Below, one piece after another: positions 60,094 through 64,000 of a DNA stretch of 64,000 nt. The DNA lies in NCBI GenBank assembly GCA_963796345.1, contig CAWCLI010000017.1, positions 26,571-90,570 of the forward strand, in the 5' to 3' direction. The DNA comes from Nitrospirota bacterium (GTDB lineage: Bacteria > Nitrospirota > Thermodesulfovibrionia > Thermodesulfovibrionales > Dissulfurispiraceae). Numbering within the stretch: the stretch's first letter is position 1; each line of letters opens with the position of its first letter. The notes beneath the pieces are model-generated. The model did not search any database and was not told where the DNA came from. It saw nothing but the letters and a program-made list of their open reading frames with translations. The position numbers and the translations under genes are program-made.

Positions 60094-60462
60094 TTACTTT
60101 GGTGGACCTGTGGGAGGCACAACCTTCACCCAGCCGCCAGGACAGCTCTTAACGTATGGATAGTAACCTTCAGGTTTTGTGCAATAGTACCAGTAATTTT
60201 GTTCCTCCGGTTGTGGCGTCGCCTGAATATATGTCTGAGGCTGCTGCTCTATGATCACAGGCGGAGCCTCATAATACGAAGGCCCCCACCACCACGGATC
60301 CGGACCGACAAAGACACTTCCACCGACGAAGAATCGCCCATGGTGGTGTCCGTGGTGACCTTCATGGTGTCCGCCATGGTGGCCGTCCGCATAGACAGGG
60401 AGCGCGTTAACCATCACCACTGCCAGAATGACAACAAGGATGAGGACAATACCCTTTTTCAT
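60094..60462 (-). CDS. secreted His-rich small protein with C-terminal YWYYC...GYYPYV..CP.GW motif
   Basis: The signal peptide is KKGIVLILVVILAVVMVNALPVYA. Then comes DGHHGGHHEGHHGHHHG, and the protein ends in ...QNYWYYCTKPEGYYPYVKSCPGGWVKVVPP. A GGAGG lies 6 nt upstream of the second ATG (60462). Confidence 0.6.
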   Translation of the reverse strand: MKKGIVLILVVILAVVMVNALPVYADGHHGGHHEGHHGHHHGRFFVGGSVFVGPDPWWWGPSYYEAPPVIIEQQPQTYIQATPQPEEQNYWYYCTKPEGYYPYVKSCPGGWVKVVPPTGPPK

Positions 60463-60656
60463 TTCCATCCTCCATTACATGAAACCCTCTATTTTCCTAA
60501 ATTGTTTAAATCGCCCTTATCTCCCCTTACTCTATTTTACCCGATATGAGCAGTCAGTAGGTTACAATGGAATCAAGTCACAAAATTCCCAATTAATACA
60601 ATAAGCACTTGAATTCATAAATACGGTGTCGTACCGGGGGCGTCCCCTTTTCTTCG

Positions 60657-62132
60657 TTATCTGGCAGGCAGGGTAACATATAATGTTGACATATTCCTGT
60701 AAATCAGCAAGAGAACATCCTGGTCTCGCCTGATCTTTGATATGACCGCCTCGTAATCAGTGGTGTTCTTTATTCTCTTCCTGTTGATTTCCACTATTAT
60801 ATCTTTACGCATCAAGGCATTTTCCGCAGCGCTCCCATCTTTGATATCCGACACGATCACCCCGTTTATCCGGTCCGGGACATTAAGTTCCTTCCTTAAT
60901 TCAGGCCTGACATCTTGAACTCGCTCTCCGCTGAAAATATTATCGAGCATCCCTGAAGACGATTCCAAAGGCTTTTGTGTTTCCACCGGCATCTCAATAA
61001 TTAAAGCTCTCACTGTTTCAGGCCTTCCGCTGCGCACAAGCTGTATCGCAACTTCCTTATTCGGGGGAGTGTCGGCAACCAGATTCCTGAGGCTCGACGG
61101 GTCTGTCACCTCTTTCCTTTCATACTGAATGATTATATCTCCTCTCTGAATTCCGGCTTTCTCGGCAGGACTTTTTTCTACTACGTCTCCCACGAGAGCG
61201 CCTTTCTGGTCCTTTAGCCAGAATTGCCTCGCGAGTTCAGGTGTCACTGCCTGGATGGAGACGCCCAGCCATCCCCTGATGATCTTGCCGTTACTGATGA
61301 GTTCTCTCATCACAACTTTTGCCATGCTGCTCGGAATAGCAAACCCGATTCCCTGGTATCCTCCTGACGTACTTAAGATAGCAGTGTTGATCCCTACTAG
61401 TTCACCCTTGACATTGACCAGAGGGCCTCCGGAATTCCCGGGATTTATCGGTGCGTCAGTCTGGATGAAATCCTCGTAATCCGCTATGCCTACATTGGCC
61501 CTGCCGGTAGCGCTAACAATCCCTGAAGTCACCGTCTGGTTCAAACCGTAGGGATTGCCGACCGCCAGTACAGCATCACCAACCTCCAACTTGTCCGAGT
61601 CACCCCATTTCAGGGACGGGAGATGCGTGGCCTCAATCTTGATCACAGCGAGGTCTCTATTCGGGTCTGTCCCTATCAGCTTTCCACTAAATTCTCTCTT
61701 GTCGGCAAGTTTTATTTTTATGTCGTCGGCATCCTTTATGACATGATCGTTCGTCAATATGTAACCATCGGCACCTACAATGACTCCCGAGCCGAGACTC
61801 GCCTGCCTGCATTGTCTCGGCTGCGCAAAGGGCCCGGACCCATTGCCCACGAACCGTCTGAACAACGGATCGTTTGAGAAAGAATTGACCGCTTTCCCTG
61901 ATCTGATGGTTTTTGTAATCGACACACTCACAACTGCCGGCTTTACAACAGCTGCAATCTCCGCCTTCGCGCGGTTTACCCTGGAAAGCACGTCAATGGA
62001 TTCCTGAGATATCACGGGCCTGTCAGCGTATGCTTGTATCCCGAAGCTTAAAACCACAACGATAGCCAACCACGTAATTAAGGCTATCGAAATTGTCTTA
62101 TTTATTGCTATGGATTGATTCGATCTCGACAC
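60657..62132 (-). CDS. HtrA/DegP/DegQ-family periplasmic serine endoprotease with two PDZ domains
   Basis: The catalytic triad context is TNDHV, ...DLAVIK... and TDAPINPGNSGGPLV. Two PDZ-like regions follow. It has a GTG start with an AGGAGAG Shine-Dalgarno sequence. Confidence 0.9.
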   Translation of the reverse strand: MSRSNQSIAINKTISIALITWLAIVVVLSFGIQAYADRPVISQESIDVLSRVNRAKAEIAAVVKPAVVSVSITKTIRSGKAVNSFSNDPLFRRFVGNGSGPFAQPRQCRQASLGSGVIVGADGYILTNDHVIKDADDIKIKLADKREFSGKLIGTDPNRDLAVIKIEATHLPSLKWGDSDKLEVGDAVLAVGNPYGLNQTVTSGIVSATGRANVGIADYEDFIQTDAPINPGNSGGPLVNVKGELVGINTAILSTSGGYQGIGFAIPSSMAKVVMRELISNGKIIRGWLGVSIQAVTPELARQFWLKDQKGALVGDVVEKSPAEKAGIQRGDIIIQYERKEVTDPSSLRNLVADTPPNKEVAIQLVRSGRPETVRALIIEMPVETQKPLESSSGMLDNIFSGERVQDVRPELRKELNVPDRINGVIVSDIKDGSAAENALMRKDIIVEINRKRIKNTTDYEAVISKIRRDQDVLLLIYRNMSTLYVTLPAR

Positions 62133-62274
62133 AGTGCTCTCCTGATCCCTGGTAATATTGTTATCGGGGAACTTTATAGAAGATTTAGCTGTAAATCTTG
62201 CCAGAGAGGATATCCGAGTAGTGTTAAGAAAAATCAGGGTTCACAGATCGGGAAAATTGAGAAGCCCTGCTAGG

Positions 62275-63090
62275 TCAGAAGTACACTACACCCTGCACCC
62301 AGAAGCGGTCGTTATGTTTCCTGCCTTCGCTGTCCATGTCCTTGCCGTACCATGAGAGTCCAGGTCTGAAATTTCTTCGCCGATTCTATATCCCAATGAA
62401 GTATAAGCAATGCCGGCCTGCAGTCCGGAGTAACCTATCGGCGCCTGCCTGCCGAGAGGTTTGTCGAGACGGTTACTCCCGGCAGATCATTTACCAGCAG
62501 AATGCCCCTTTCAAGTTTTCCCAGCTCAAGGGGTTTGCCGGCTTTGACTGCTTTACCCAGTATGCCCTGCACTACGCTTTCCCGAAGACGTTGATGCTCT
62601 CCTTCAACTTCCACTGCTTTGCCATCTTTTCCTGCTTCCGCTTTACCGATGATCACGTCTATCCTTACTATGCCGTCAACTATCTCCTGCTGTGGAATAT
62701 ATGCCTTGGCCAGAAAATAGCCTTTTTCTTTCAGATAGCTGGTGATTTTATCTGCGGCTTCTTCCAGTTCTCCAAAAGTAACTTCCCGGTTTGTGTAGCC
62801 CTTCACGATCTGCTGCAGTTCTGAATCGGGCACTGCAGGGAAATCCATGCTGAAGGTGAAACCCTTGACGAAAATCTTCGCTTCTTTTCGCTCTTTCATG
62901 GCAGGTTCCTGTGGAACAGGCATTTCCACCCGGGTTTTTCGGGCCGCTGCGGAGGCAATGCCTTTTGGATCTCTTGCAAAAGGCGACCAGCATCAGGGGG
63001 CGACTGCCCCCGCGCAGCCCCGCTTATGAGCATCGCCGCACATGCCGCTGCCATGAAGGTTTTAAGCATAGTGCTCCGGTGTTTTATCAC
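62275..63090 (-). pseudogene. ShlB/FhaC/HecB-type (TpsB) outer-membrane transporter remnant: signal peptide and POTRA region kept, beta-barrel almost entirely missing
   Basis: The signal peptide MLKTFMAAACAAMLISGAARG is followed by QSPPDAGRLLQE. The POTRA region reads ...IFVKGFTFS...ELQQIVKGY....VTFGELEEAADKITSYLKEKGYFLAKAYIPQQEIVDGIVRIDVIIGK...LERGILLVNDLPGVTVSTNLSAG. About 55 codons remain after that, ending APIGYSGLQAGIAYTSLGYRIGEEISDLDSHGTA... / ...RFWVQGVVYF*. Frame breaks are also present. Confidence 0.5.
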
Positions 63091-63099
63091 TCTCTCCTT

Positions 63100-64000
<901 letters not shown>

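Noticed and set aside
59986-60549. 187-aa plus-strand ORF overlapping the His-rich protein gene
   Set aside because: It is an antisense frame of a gene that has a signal peptide, a GGAGG Shine-Dalgarno sequence and a terminator. Its translation is Arg/Leu-rich with no motif.

Overview
All calls come from hand translation and motif recognition. No homology search was run, so family names are recognition-level calls.

The window is a chromosomal segment of a Gram-negative, probably anaerobic bacterium. It carries AsmA/YdbH-like, TpsB-like and HtrA genes and several radical SAM enzymes. I cannot name the taxon.

**1-36.4 kb: glycan-modification island.**
- Almost every gene is on the minus strand, and many junctions overlap by 4-11 nt.
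- The island is built around a dispersed pseudaminic-acid pathway: pseB, pseC, pseG, pseH and a broken pseI.
- About 25 tailoring genes lie between these:
  - six SAM methyltransferases
  - three radical SAM enzymes, one B12-type and two SPASM/twitch-type
  - two AsnB/PseA-like amidotransferases
  - extra PLP aminotransferases
  - GNAT and FemAB-like transferases
  - WbqC and an RfbB-like dehydratase
  - GT2, GT4, GT-B and GT41-like glycosyltransferases
- A decayed 5' relic of a second pseC sits directly after pseB. This suggests the ancestral pseB-pseC junction was split by a roughly 20 kb cassette.

**36.6-62 kb: housekeeping genes.**
- These are ligA, pncC/cinA-like, an HD-GYP protein, rarA, gpmA, an ABC-F ATPase, an S1-domain protein, an AsmA/YdbH-like protein with a YnbE/YdbL-like lipoprotein, a radical SAM gene coupled to ppnP, a fatty-acid hydroxylase, an RluA-family synthase, pepF, coaD, rsmD, purN and htrA.
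- Three copies of a roughly 90-125 nt MITE-like palindromic repeat lie between these genes.
- There are also two unusual small proteins, one Cys-rich and one His-rich.

**Right edge.** A Thr/Ser/Gly-rich protein carrying a 13 x 15-nt perfect tandem repeat is followed by a truncated TpsB-like gene.

**Caveat.** By my count roughly 25-30 reading-frame interruptions are present.
- Most are at short homopolymers, and two are in-frame stop codons.
- They cluster in parts of the island but also hit housekeeping genes (pepF, the rluA-family gene, the ydbL-like gene).
- Assembly indel error versus real gene decay cannot be resolved from the sequence alone.
- Such genes are listed as pseudogenes, merged across the ORF-track fragments.

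No rRNA, tRNA, CRISPR array, transposase, integrase or recognisable defence system was seen.
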